Positions 46,356 through 59,059 of a stretch of 64,000 nt of DNA are shown here, one piece after another. The notes beneath the pieces are model-generated. The model made no database searches. It had not been told where the DNA came from and saw nothing but the letters and a program-made list of their open reading frames with translations. The stretch is from positions 359,042,001 to 359,106,000 of the forward strand of contig JBNRSN020000003.1 in the NCBI GenBank assembly GCA_051313645.2, written 5' to 3'. The number at the start of each line of letters is the position of its first letter. The first letter of the stretch is position 1. This DNA comes from Centroscyllium fabricii. Taxonomy: Eukaryota. The translations under genes were made by a program, and so were the position numbers.

Positions 46356-48587
46356 AGTTCCAAGCTAAGGAGAGAAACCTACTTTGAACTTCAGCAAAGT
46401 CTCAGAACCTCTGTGAAATTTCTTACAACTTATTTCACAATTGAGGGTAAAATAGAGGATGCCTAAAAATGATACTAGCTGGAAGAAATATACTCGTTCT
46501 GGAAAACTCTTGTTTTCTTTCTTATGTTGCTACGAATGGTCAATGTGGCATCTTTCACTTGACCTATCCTTGAACATACAGAGGGCCAGGTAGTTCTTGG
46601 TGAGCCTCTCCTGTGTGTGCCACTAATGCAACGTTCAACGCAGACCTCAGCTACTGCAGCCAATGAACCCAAAAACAGTGTGGGTGTTTGAAAGCTTAAG
46701 GACTGTTATGACGTGCAGTTGTTGAAGTAAAGCCATAACAATAAATGTATTGAAAGAGCCACCTGATCTGGGATGGTGATGCTGTTAAACTGCAGTAGAT
46801 TGGATGATGAATAGGGTAGCCTGTTGTTGCCTGTGATACCAGAGGGGTAATTGCTGATTCTGCATTTCTGGCCTTGACCGCTGGGAGTGCAAGTGCTCAG
46901 AACATGTGTCGAGTTCACCCAAATTTCCGATTTGTGCTCCCGATGGGCGAAAATTACACCTTGGATCTAAACCTACAAAATATTGAATTATTGCAAAAGA
47001 ACACAAGTTAGTAAAAGGTAAATGTCATTGTTTGTGTCTGGAACTATCTCACTCCTGAAGTCGGTTTAGAATTTGTACCTTCACATAAGCAAAACTGATT
47101 GTAGTTCATCAGCTCTTGGATGTGGGTGTGAAAGCAACTTTGAGGCAGTAGTTATCCCAAAGTGACTGCTCTCAATATCAGTGTCTGTAGGGATCTCAGC
47201 AGATTTGAGTTATACTGCCAACTGCATGCTGCACTAAGCTTAGTGACAAGGGAGCAATGCTTCCTCTGCAGCTAATTTTTAATGCCAAGAGAGCATTCAT
47301 ATTGAAAAATAAGATTATCAAGGTCCCAGTAGATCCAGTACTCTGTTGGCCCATTTATTAAAGGTGGCTTCTCACTAGGCTGGAGTTATATTCCACCTTG
47401 TGGGACGCCAAGCAATGAGATTCTCTTTCAACTATTGGTTTAGTGTGTTTGGGCGTTACATTGCTGACGGGACTGCCACGCAACATGGCTACGTTTCTGT
47501 TCAGCACCTGAAACCGTTTCATATCGATGCAAAAGTGTCAGTATAAGTGGAGCATTAATATCCTATAATTGTATGACTGGGGGGTTGCTTCATGTTTATT
47601 GTATGATTTGTAAACTGGTAAGAAGTTAATGTGCTCCATTCTGTTGCAAAAGGTTCGTTCACATAGAGGCACATGACACAAACTGATCAGTGGCAAATAT
47701 TGTTTAATATGGACCAATGTAAGAGACTGTATATTGAAGTAGAAATAGGAATCATTCACATTTTACGTGAAAGGATGAGGTCAAGTGGGAGGAAAGGACT
47801 TCTTTATCTGAACCGATATTGTAAATGCTCCGTTTTTCCGAAATGGTGTTTTTCATTTATGATGTACCTGAGGTGTGTTGTTAGCAAGAAGCAAAAGTGG
47901 AAATGATTTTACTTGAATATATGATGTAAAATAGAGTGCAAATACACCACATCCCATCTTAACACTGACTGAAACATTTGGAAATGCTGGGACTATTATA
48001 ATATACATTTTTATGCCAGGACTGTTTAAAAATCTCTTAGAAAGTGGATCATAAGAACATAAGAAATAGGAGCAGGAGTAGGCCAATCGGCCCCTCGAGC
48101 CTGCTCCGCCATTCAATAAGATCACGGCTGATCTGATCCTCAAATCTACTTTCACTCTCCAGCCTGCCCGAACCCATGTGATCTCCCGGGAGAGGCGAAA
48201 AACCAGGTATAAACCCTGTGGCCAATTTGGGAGAAAAAATCTGGGAAATTCCTCTCCGACCCATCTAGGCAATCGAAAACTGGTCCAGGAGATCACATGG
48301 CTGATCGGAACCTAGCCTTACGTCCACTTACCTGCCTGCTCACCATAACCCCTAATTCCCTTTACTTCCAAGAAACTGTCTATCTCGATTTTAAATTTAT
48401 TCAATGTAGCAGCTTCCACAGCTCTCCGGGGCAGCAAATTCAACAGACCCACCACCCTCTGAGTGAAGAAGTTTCTTCTTATCTCAGTTTTGAAAGCCAT
48501 GATGTGGAGGTGCTGGTGTTGGACTGGGGTGGACAAATGTAAGAAGTCACACAACACCAGGTTATAGTCCAACAGTTTTATTTGAAA

Positions 48588-48624
48588 TCACAAGCTTTCG
48601 GAGCGCTGCTCCTTCGTCAGGTGA
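48588..48624 (-). ncRNA. Minimal type I hammerhead ribozyme motif
   Basis: Reverse complement TCAC-CTGACGA-AGGAGC AGC GCTCC-GAAA-GCTT-GTGA. Confidence 0.75.
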
Positions 48625-48844
48625 AGTGAAGAGATGCACATAGGCACAGCATATATAGTCAGAAAACAATGCTAGATGATTACAGGTAATTTTTCTAACT
48701 GCCCTTTATCACACCTCGGCAGAGAGATAATCACCGCAATCAAAGGTGTAAATGGTGTCCAAACAGGTCAGTCAGCAAAACATTCCATCAAAGAACAATG
48801 ATTTGGGGTCACAAGAGGTCAACTGCATCTTTTCACTTCACCTG

Positions 48845-50387
48845 GCCTTGGAAATAGTGGATGCATTGACTATCATTTTCCAACATTCCATGGACTCTGG
48901 AGCAGTTCCGATGGAGTGGAGGGTGGCTAACGTAACCCCACTTTTTAAAAAAGGAGGGAGGGAGAAAACAGGGAATTACAGACCGGTCAGCCTGACATCG
49001 GTAGTGGGTAAAATGATGGAATCAATTATTAAGGATGTCATAGCAGACCATTTGGAAAGTGGTGACATGATAGGTCCAAGTCAGCATGGATTTGTGAAAG
49101 GGAAATCATGCTTGACAAATCTTCTGGAATTTTGTGAGGATGTTTCCAATAGAGTAGACAAGGGAGAACCAGTTGATGTGGTGTATTTGGACTTTCAGAA
49201 GGCTTTCGACAAGGTCCCACACAAGAGATTGGTGTGCAAAGTTAAAGCACATGGGATTGGGGGCAATGTATTGACGTGGATTGAGAACTGGTTGGCACAC
49301 AGGAAACAAAGAGTAGGAGTAAACGGGTACTTTTCAGAATGGCAGGCAGTGACCAGCGGGGTACCGCAAGGTTCGGTGCTGGGGCCCCAGCTGTTTACAT
49401 TATATATTAATGATTTGGACGAAGGGATTAAATGTTGTATCTCCAAATTTGCGGATGACACTAAATTGGGAGGCAGTGTGAGCTGCAAGGAGGATGCTAA
49501 GAGGCTACAGAGTGACTTCGACAGGTTGGGTGAATGGGCAAATGTATGGCAGATGACGTACAATGTGGATAAATGTGAGGTTATCCACTTTGGCGGTAAA
49601 AATAGAGAGACAGACTATTATCTGAATGGTGACAGATTAGGGAAAGGGGAGGTGCAACGAGACCTGGGCGTCATGGTACATCAGTCACTGAAGGTGGAAA
49701 TGCAGGTACAGCAGGCAATCAAGAAAGCAAATGGCATGTTGGCCTTCATAGCGAGGGGATTTGAGTACAGGAGTAGGGAGGTGTTGCTGCAGTTGTACAG
49801 GGCCTTGGTGAGGCCACACTTGGAGTATTGTGTGCAATTTTGGTCTCCTAACTTGAGGAAGGACATTCTTGCTGTTGAGGGAGTGCAGCGAAGGTTTACT
49901 AGATTGATTCCCGGGATGGCCGGACTGACATATCAAGAAAGACTGGATCAACTGAACTTGTACTCTCTGGAGTTCAGAAGAATGAGGGAGGATCTCATAG
50001 AAACGTTTAAAATACGGACGGGTTTAGACAGGTTAGATGCGGGCAGCATGTTCCCATTGTTGGGGAAGTCCAGAACCAGGGGGCACAGACTTAGGATAAC
50101 GGGTAAGCCATTTAGGACCGAGATGAGGAGAAACTTCTTCACCCAGAGAGTGGTGAACCTGTGGAATTCTCTACCACAGAAAGTTGTTGAGGCCAGTTCA
50201 CTAAATATATTCAAAAGGGAGTTAGATGTAATACTTACAACTAGGGGGATCAAGGGATATGGCGAGAAAGCAGGAATGGGGTACTGATGTAGCATGTTCA
50301 GCCATGAACGTGTTGAATGGCGGTGCAGGCTCGAAGGGCCGAATGGGCTACTCCTGCACCTATTTTCTATGTATGTATCTATGTATC
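48845..50387 (+). mobile_element. Young 5'-truncated CR1 LINE with an uninterrupted RT frame (about 480 codons)
   Basis: ORF to 50287 with [35 protein letters not shown]; CR1 3' UTR and (TATG)n tail. Confidence 0.92.
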
Positions 50388-52270
50388 AGCCGCACTCAGA
50401 TTACAGTCCAGAGTGTCACCCGAGCACAACGTAATGCCATCCATGCTCTCAAGACCAACGCAACATCGTCATCAAACCAGCAGACACAGGAGGAGCAATC
50501 GTCATACAGAACAGAATGGACTATTGCAAAGAAGCATACCGACAACTGGACAACCAAGAACACTACAGACAGTTACCCGAAAATCTGACTAGAGAACACA
50601 CCCACCAACTCAACAGACTGATCAAGAACTTCGATCCAGACCATAAGAGCATCCTACGCGCTCTCATCCCACGTACTCCCCGCGTGGGAGACTTCTACTG
50701 CCTGCCAAAGATACACAAAGCCAACACACCCGGACGCCCTATCGTATCAGGCAACGGAACCCTGTGAGAGAACCTCTGGATACATCGAGGGCATTCTGAA
50801 ACCCATCGCACAGGGAACCCCCAGCTTCTGTCGCGGCACTACAGACTTCTTACAGAAACTCAGCACCCACGGATCAGTTGAACCAGGAACACTCCTCGCC
50901 ATGATGGACGTCTCAGCACGCTACACCAGTATCCCGCACGATGACGGCATCGCTGCGACAGCCTCAGTACTTAACACCGACAACAGCCCACCTCCAGACG
51001 CCATCCCACAACTCATCCGCTTCATCCTTGACCACGATTCTTCACCTTCGACAACCAGTTGTTTACCCAAACACACGGAACAGCCATGGGGACCTAATTC
51101 ACACCCCAATACGCCAACATCTTCATGCACAAGTTCGAGCAAGACTTCTTCACTGCAGAGGACCTCCAACCAATGCTATACACCAGATACATCGAAGACA
51201 TTTTCCTCCTATGGACCCACGGCGAAGAATCACTGAAAAGACTACACGATAACATCAACAAGTTCCATCCCACCATCAAACTCACCATGGACTACTCCTC
51301 AGTGGGTTTCATTCGTGGACACACGAATCTCCATCAAAGACGGACACCTCAGTATTTCACTCTACCGCAAGCTCACGGACAACCTCACGATGCTCCACTA
51401 CTCCAGCTTCCACCCTAACCACATTAAAGAAGCCATCCCCTATGGACAAGCCCTGCGAATATACAGGATCTGCTCAGATGAGGAAGAACGCGATGGACAC
51501 CTACAGACGCTGAAAGATGCCCTCCTAAGAACGGGATATGATACTCGACTCGTCGATCGACAGTTCCGACGGGCCACAGCGAAAAATTGCATAGACCTCC
51601 TCAGAAGACAAACACGGACACAACCAACAGAGTACCCTTCGCCGTCCAGTACTTCCCTGGAGCTGAGAAACGATGCCATGTTCTTTGCAGCCTTCAACAT
51701 GTCATCGATGACGACAAACACCTCGCTAAGGCCATCCCCACGCCTCCACTACTCGCCTTCAAACAGCCGCCTAACCTCAAACAGACCATCATTTGCAGCA
51801 AATTACCCAACTTTCAGGAGAATACACGACAACGCAAAATCGTCGAGCAGAGGCTGATTGCCAAGTTCCGCACCCATGAGCACGGCCTCAACCGTGATAT
51901 TGGGTTTATGTCACGCTACATGTGACCCCGCCTGGCGTGGAGTCGTCCAGACCCGAACCATCTTTGGCTTGCTCTGCAATTTTGAGTAAGAAAAATCATG
52001 GTTTTTATAAAAAAAGTAATACTGTGGGACTTACAGCAGACTAGCGTTAGGCCCTGTGACTGCACCCCTTTGATGTGTTTTTTTTTTTGCTTTAATAAAG
52101 GGGATAAAAATCATTCTGTGTGTTTTGAGCATGTGACCACCCTTGCAATTGTGCCCCATTGTTCGCAGATTGAGGTGTTAAGGTATGCTAATATGCTTGT
52201 GTGCTCTAGGGGAAGAGGTCGGATTTCTCCCTTCCTCCGATATGTGTGATCTTTAAATCAGTCTCTTCTG

Positions 52271-52307
52271 TCACCTGAGGAAGGAGCAGCGCTCCGAAAG
52301 CTTGTGA
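52271..52307 (+). ncRNA. Minimal type I hammerhead ribozyme motif
   Basis: TCAC-CTGAGGA-AGGAGC AGC GCTCC-GAAA-GCTT-GTGA. Confidence 0.75.
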
Positions 52308-53187
52308 TTTAAAATAAAACGTTGGACTATAAACCTGGTGTTGTGTGACTTTTTGCATTTCTCCACATTATAACTTTCAGGAGAACAGCGACCACGACAT
52401 ATCACAACCCTGCCACAGCAGCCTCTGCAAGACATGCCAGATCATCAACACAGATACCATCATCACATGGGAGGACACCACCCACCAGTTACATGGTACA
52501 TACTCATGTGACTCAGCCAACGTTGTCTTCCTCATATGTTGCAGGAAAGGATGCCCCGGAACATGGCACATCGGCGAGACCATGCAGACACTACAACAAT
52601 AGATGAACGGACACCGCACAACAATCGCCAGGCAGGCGTGTTCCCTCCCAGTTGGGGAACACTTCAGCAGTCAAGGACATTCGGCCTCCGATCTTCGGAT
52701 AAGCATTCTCCAAGGTGGCCTTCAAGACACACGCGAATGCAAAATCTTCGAGCATAAACTGATAGCCAAGTTCCGCACTCATGACGACGGCCTCAACTGG
52801 GATCTTGGCTTCATGTCATGCAACATGTAACCCCACCTGACGTAGAGTCATCCAGACTCGAGTCGTCGTTGGCTTGTTCTCTCTACACAGATGCGGCTGG
52901 ACCTGCTGTGATTTCCAGCAAAATACACTTTTTTTTGCATTTTATTTTTCATTGCTTTGTTTTTTGTTTTTCATACAGCATGTGCAACATTTGTCCTCTT
53001 GTGACCCCACCTCATTGGTCTTTGATGGAATATTTTGGTGACGTGCTGTTTGGACACCATTTACACCTTTGATTGCAGTGATTATCTCTCTGCCGAGGTG
53101 TGATAAAGGGCAGTTAGAAAAATTACCTGTAATCATCTAGCATTGTTTTCTGACTATATATGCTGTGCCTATGTGCATCTTTTCACT

Positions 53188-53224
53188 TCACCTGACGAAG
53201 GAGCAGCGCTCCGAAAGCTTGTGA
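53188..53224 (+). ncRNA. Minimal type I hammerhead ribozyme motif
   Basis: TCAC-CTGACGA-AGGAGC AGC GCTCC-GAAA-GCTT-GTGA. Confidence 0.78.
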
Positions 53225-53697
53225 TTTCTAATAAAACTGTTGGACTATAACCTGGTGTTGTGTGACTTCTTACAGTTTTGAAAGGGCAGCCCCTTATTCT
53301 CAGATTATGCCCCCTAGTTCTAGTCTCACCCATCAGTAGAAACATCATCACCGCATCCACCCGATCAAGCCCCTTCACAACCTTATATGTTTCGCTAAGA
53401 TCGCCTCTCACTCTTCTGTACTCCAATGAGTAGAGGCCCAACCTACTCAACCTTTCCTCATAAGTCAACCCCCTCATCTCCGGAATCAACCGAGTGAATC
53501 TTCTCTGAACTGCCTCGAGAGCAAGTATATCCTTTCTCAAATATAAACCAAAACTGCACACAGTATTCCAGATGTGGCTTCACCAACACCCTGTATAACT
53601 GCAGCAGGACTTCCCTGTTTTTATACTCCACCACCCTTGCAATAAAGGCCAAGATTCTATTGGCCTTCCGGATCACCTGCTGTACCTGTATACTAAC

Positions 53698-56600
53698 TGT
53701 GGTAATATTGAACAGACTTCTGGGGGAAGGCTAAGGCGTGAACTCTGCACATGTCACTTCCTGTTTTCTGTTAGTATAAATACTGCAACTGCTCAGTATG
53801 GGGTGAACGCTTCACCTGGAAGCATGGTAAAACCCGTCTTTGTACATAGTGATAATGTAGTGAATTAAAGCTTTGCTTTGCTTTAAGTTATTGATGTATC
53901 AGACTCGATTATTACATCAATTTAATCCACTAAAAACTTCACGCTCAAAATCCTTAAAACTTTTGGACAGCATGGAACTGAGGATCCAGGGACCAACCCA
54001 TCATGGAAAGCCTCCTCAAACTGACTCGCCTGGATCTGGACCAACATGGACCAGCAGCTGCCAAGGTTTGGAAGCATTGGTTCCATACTTTTGAGAATTT
54101 TCTTGAAGAATGTTGTGAGGATGCCTCTACCAAACTACGATTACTTGTGAATTATGTGTCCCCAAACGTATATGAATATGTTGATAAATGGGATAACTAT
54201 AATGAGGTAATCCAAGCACTGAAAGAACTATATACTAAGGCCCCAAACGAGGCCTATGCTAGACATTTACTGTCCACGGCCCAACAAAGGCCAGGGCAAG
54301 CGATTCAGGAGTTCCTTCAAGAACTTCGCAGGCTCAGTGTAGATTGTAATTTTAAGAAAGCCTCGGCTGAGATGCTTTCATCTGCGGGATCGCCTCACCA
54401 TTTATACGCCAGCATCTGCTAGAGAGAAAAACGCTTGAGCTATCAGAAGGCTTTTGACCTGGTTTCTGCTCTGGACTTGGCAAAAAAAAAATGCAGACCT
54501 CTATCAGCTGCCCAGAACTCTTTTATTTAAAACCAAATAGAAAAACACCATTATTTACAATATTTACAAAACAAAATAAAACCCCACATTACCACGCTTG
54601 AGCCGCGGCAAACTCCCAAGCCCCAATGTCCACAAGGTAGGGGTCAAAGTTTCAAGCCCTCCTGCCTACGAGGCAGGGGTCAAAGTCACAAGTCCATATG
54701 CCCACAAGGCAGGGGTAAAAGTCACAAGCCCTCATGCCCACAAGGCAGGGGTCACGACCACAAGTCCTCATGGCCGCAGGCAGGGGTCCAAATTTGCCAA
54801 GCTTTCTGGTCTTCGTCGCCCGCCCATCCGGACAGCGGGTCTCCGGAAAAACACAAAGACGAGGGTCGGCGCTCTCAGCGAACGGCTGGTACAGATCCGG
54901 CAGTCTCTCGACCTGCTGCTGCAACTGCAATCAGACCATTCAAGGGGCCTCAGGTGAACCCTATCATGGAAGAATCTAATCCTGATGAGTTCAATGATGA
55001 GGAGGAGGATGACCCCACTTTAGCAGCCTCTTGGCAATCTAGGAAGAAATGCTTCTTTTGTGGAGACTCTTTCCACCCTAGGAAATTCTGCCCTGCTCGC
55101 AATGCAATCTGCAGTCATGCAGTAAAAAGGGACACTTTGCAAAAGTCTGCCAATCAAGAGCCTCTACGAGGGCCTATCAAGCTAAGGCCTACCGAGCTGC
55201 CCCAATTAGGGCCTATCAAGATGCTCCAGCTGGGACCTATCGAGCTCCCTCCCAAAGAAACACACCTAGAATTACAGCCTCCCTCTGTGCAACCACACCA
55301 ATTACAGCTGCCTGGCCTCAAAATTTATTTCATGCAGCTACAAAAGTCTCGATTAATGGGCATACCTTTGATGCCTTAATTGACTCAGGAAGTACTGATA
55401 GTTTCATTAGAGAACAGATTGTTGAGCAATTGAAACTACATGTCTTCCCAATGGACCAGGCAATTGCAATGGCTCAGTCATCACTTAACACCAGAATCTC
55501 CGGCTTTTGTATTTTTGACATGACACTTAATGGCCGCATGTATCCCTCCACTCGGCTCTCAGTGCTCAAGGACTTATGTAGTGATCTTATCCTAGGGCTG
55601 GATTTTCAAAAACAGCATAAAAAACTCGTCATTGAGTTCGGCGGATCCAAACCTGGACTTACTATTTCTAATGTACCGTCTAAATCACCATTTTGTGCAC
55701 TCAGCAGCCTCACTTGATGAACCCTCATTATTCGCCAGTATTCCTCCTCAATGCAAACCAATAATAACCAAATCTCGACGCTTCAGTCAGGAAGATCAAT
55801 CTTTCATTGAGACAGAAATCTCTCGTCTTTTAGCAGAGGACATCATCGAACCATGTTCATCGCCCTGGCGGGCTCAAATTGTCATTGTTAAGAACCTTCT
55901 AAAACTTCACAAAAAACGACTATGCATCGATTACTCTCAAACCGTCAATCAATATACTGACCTGGACGCCTACCCATTGCCACGCATTGATGACATGGTT
56001 AATAAACTGGCTGAATACAAAGTGTTCTCAACCTATGATTTAAAGACTGCCTATCATCAGGTACCCCTACGGGTCTCAGATAAGAAGTACACGGCTTTTG
56101 AGGCTAATGGACGGCTGTATCAATTTCGTCGCCTCCCATTCAGGGTCACTAATGGAGTGGCTGTCTTCCAACGGGCAATGGATGGCCTCGTTGAGCAGGA
56201 AAACTTAAGGGATAATTTTCCCTACGTTGATACATAGATACATACATAGATACCATTACTGTTGCAGACCACGACCAGCAGGAACATGATGCCAACCTCC
56301 AAAGATTTCGGGATGCTCTCCATCACCGTAACTTAACTTTAAATGAATCCAAATCTGTGGAGTCGCAACCGACCATCAACATTCTTGGCTACTGCGTAGG
56401 CAATGGTATCATTAAACCAGACCCGGAAAGACTTCGCCCGCTCCAGGAGCTCCCTCCACCTAACAATCCGGCTTCATTACGTCGGGCCCTCGGTCTGTTT
56501 GCATACTATGCTGAATGGATTCTGAATTTTTCAGATAAAATTCAGCCCTTGCTGAATGCTAGAACATTTCCGTTGGGAACAGTGGCTGTTGCAGCCTTTA

Positions 56601-58618
56601 ACCTTCTCAAGAAACAGTTGGAGAAAGCGACTCTTCACTCCATCAATGAGGACCTCCCTTTCGTAGTCGAATGTGATGCCTCGGAGGTGGCGATCTCAGC
56701 TACTCTAAATCAAGAAGGCCGTCCTGTAGCATTCATGTCCAGGACCTTACAAGGTGCCGAGATACATTATCCTCCAGTTGAGAAGGAAGCCACAGCCATC
56801 ATAGAGGCAGTACGAAAGTGGAACCATTTCCTAGCTCGCCGGCACTTTACATTAATCACGGACCAGCGATCAGTCGCCTTCATGCTCGATAATCGAAAGC
56901 GAACTAATATTAAGAACAATAAAATACAGCTTTGGAGGATCGAATTGGCCTCTTTTGGTTACACCATTCACTATCGACCTGGCAAGCAGAATGTGGCCCC
57001 GGATACCCTCACACGAGCATTCTGCTCTGCTATGTCATCCTCTACTCTCATAGACATCCATGATGGATTGTGTCAGCCTGGCGTGACTCGCATGCTACAT
57101 TTCGTGCGATCACGGAATCTCCCATTTTCTACTGGAGATATGAAAAAAAATGTGCTCCGAATGCTGAATTTGTGCAGAATTGAAACCTCAGTTCTTCCGC
57201 CCCCCAGATGGTGCGCTCATACATGCAACCGAACCGATGCAACGACTTAGCGTCGACTTCAAGGGCCCATTGCCCTCTTCAACACGGAACACATATTTGC
57301 TCACAATGATCGATGAATATTCATGATTTCTGTTTGCCTTCCCCTGCTCCAATATGCTGGCATCCACTGTAATCAACTGCCTTGAGCAAGTATTTTCTCT
57401 TTATAGCATGGTGGCCAACATTCACTCGGATCGGGGTCCATCTTTTATGTCAAGCGAACTGAAGGACTACCTCTCAGAACGGGGAATTGCGACAAGCAAA
57501 ACAACGCCATATCATCCCATCGGGAATGGACAGGTAGAGAGATATAACGGAATCATCTGGAATTCCGTACGGCTTGCTTTGAAATCTCAGAGCATACCAA
57601 TCCAGCAATGGGAAGCAGTGCTTCCGGATGCATTACACTCTGTATGGTCCCTTCTGTCTACAGCCACAAATACTACACCTCATGAATGGTTCTTTCGATT
57701 CCAGCGTCGCTCATCTTATGGGGCATCTCTTCCATCATGGCTAACTCTCTTCCAGAACCCGTACTGCTCCGAAGATACGTTCGGACATCTAAAAATGACC
57801 CTCTCGTAGATGAGGTCGAACTAACTGATGCCAACCCTACCTATGCCTACATACGATATCCCGACGGTTGAGAGTCTACCGTATCATTGCGGGACCTGGC
57901 ACCCTGCCCACCAGGACCTAGAGGGACACCAAGGGATAATATTCTACCAGGGGCCTCCAGGAACCCACCGGGTACCACTCTCCAGGACCCGGATCTGATA
58001 CCAACTAGCTTTGCGCCGGTCAAATCCCACACTCAAAAGTTACGACCCGCTAAGTACCTCTTTCCAGGACACTGACCAGACACCAACCGACTCTGAGCCC
58101 GTGGTGGCTCGTACACGGAGTCATGATCCTCCCGCTGCCTCACGCTAAAGTGCTAATTGGCCGCAGACCAGCTCTGTGCCTTCCCCTGACCAGGGACAAA
58201 CCAGCTCTGCGCCTATTGGAGCTCGTACGCGGAGCCATGATTCCCCGACCCTTCACAGGGTAATACAGGCCACGCAGGTTCTGACCCGTGGCCAACAGCA
58301 GGTAAACGGTCCAGAGACCCAGACGGGTGCGTCTCCTCCTTGTTCGGCTACTCCGGAATAAAAAGAAGATTCCCGCCTTTTAATTTTGCAGGAGGAAAGA
58401 ATGTGGTAATATTGAACAGACTTCCGGGGGAAGGCTAAGGGGTGAACTCTGTACATGTCACTTCCTGTTTTCTGTTAGTATAAATACTGGAACTGCTCAA
58501 TATGGGGTGAACGCTTCACCTGGAAGCATGGTAAAACCCGTCTTTGTACACAGTGATAATGTAGTGGATTAAAGCTTTGCTTTAAGTTATTGATGTATCA
58601 GATTCCATTATTACATCA
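53698..58618 (+). mobile_element. Full-length but disrupted Gypsy/Ty3 LTR retrotransposon (LTRs 53698-53919 and 58402-58618; gag-PR-RT-RH-IN)
   Basis: CTAAC 5-bp TSD; TG..CA LTRs differing by about 9 substitutions and a 5-bp indel; PPT 58390-58401. CFFCG knuckle, LIDSGS protease, SPWRAQ/RLCIDY/DAYPLP RT, ECDAS/EKEA/TDQ RNase H, HSDRG/GNGQVER integrase. Confidence 0.95.
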
Positions 58619-59059
58619 CTAACCTTCTGTGTTTCATGCACCATGACCCTCAGGTCCCCTTTGTACTGTAGAACTTTGAACTTTCTCTCCATTCAGATAA
58701 TAGTTTGCTCTTTGATTTTTTTGCCAAAGTGCATAACCTCACACTTTCCAACATTATATTCCATCTGCCAAATCTTTGCCCACTCACCTAGCCTGTCCAT
58801 GTCCCTTTGCAGGTTTTTGATGTCCTCCTCACTCACTGCTTTCCCTCCTATCTTAGTATTGTCGGCAAACTTGGATACATTGCACTCGGTCCCTTCCTCC
58901 AAATCATTAATATAGATTGTAAAAAGTTGGGGTCCCAGCACTGACCGCTGCGGAACACCACTAGTCACTGATTTCCAATCCAAGAATGAACCATTTATCC
59001 CAACTCTCTGTTTTCTGTTAGATAGCCAATCTTCCACCCATGCCAGTATATATATGTTT

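Larger units (their letters stand above)
48497..53272 (+). mobile_element. Penelope-like element: inverted 5' pseudo-LTR, disrupted RT (about 50390-51925), GIY-YIG endonuclease (52372-52830), direct pseudo-LTRs
   Basis: FYCLPKIHK..PGRPIVS, MDVSxxYTSIP, YTRYIEDIF, ANVVFLICC..WHIGET..MNGHR..EHF..GLN. 12-bp duplication CAGTTTTGAAAG at 48485-48496 / 53273-53284. Confidence 0.88.

Noticed and set aside
48752-48844. N-terminal 31 aa of the 511-aa RT ORF
   Set aside because: Derived from Penelope pseudo-LTR sequence fused by chance to the truncated CR1.
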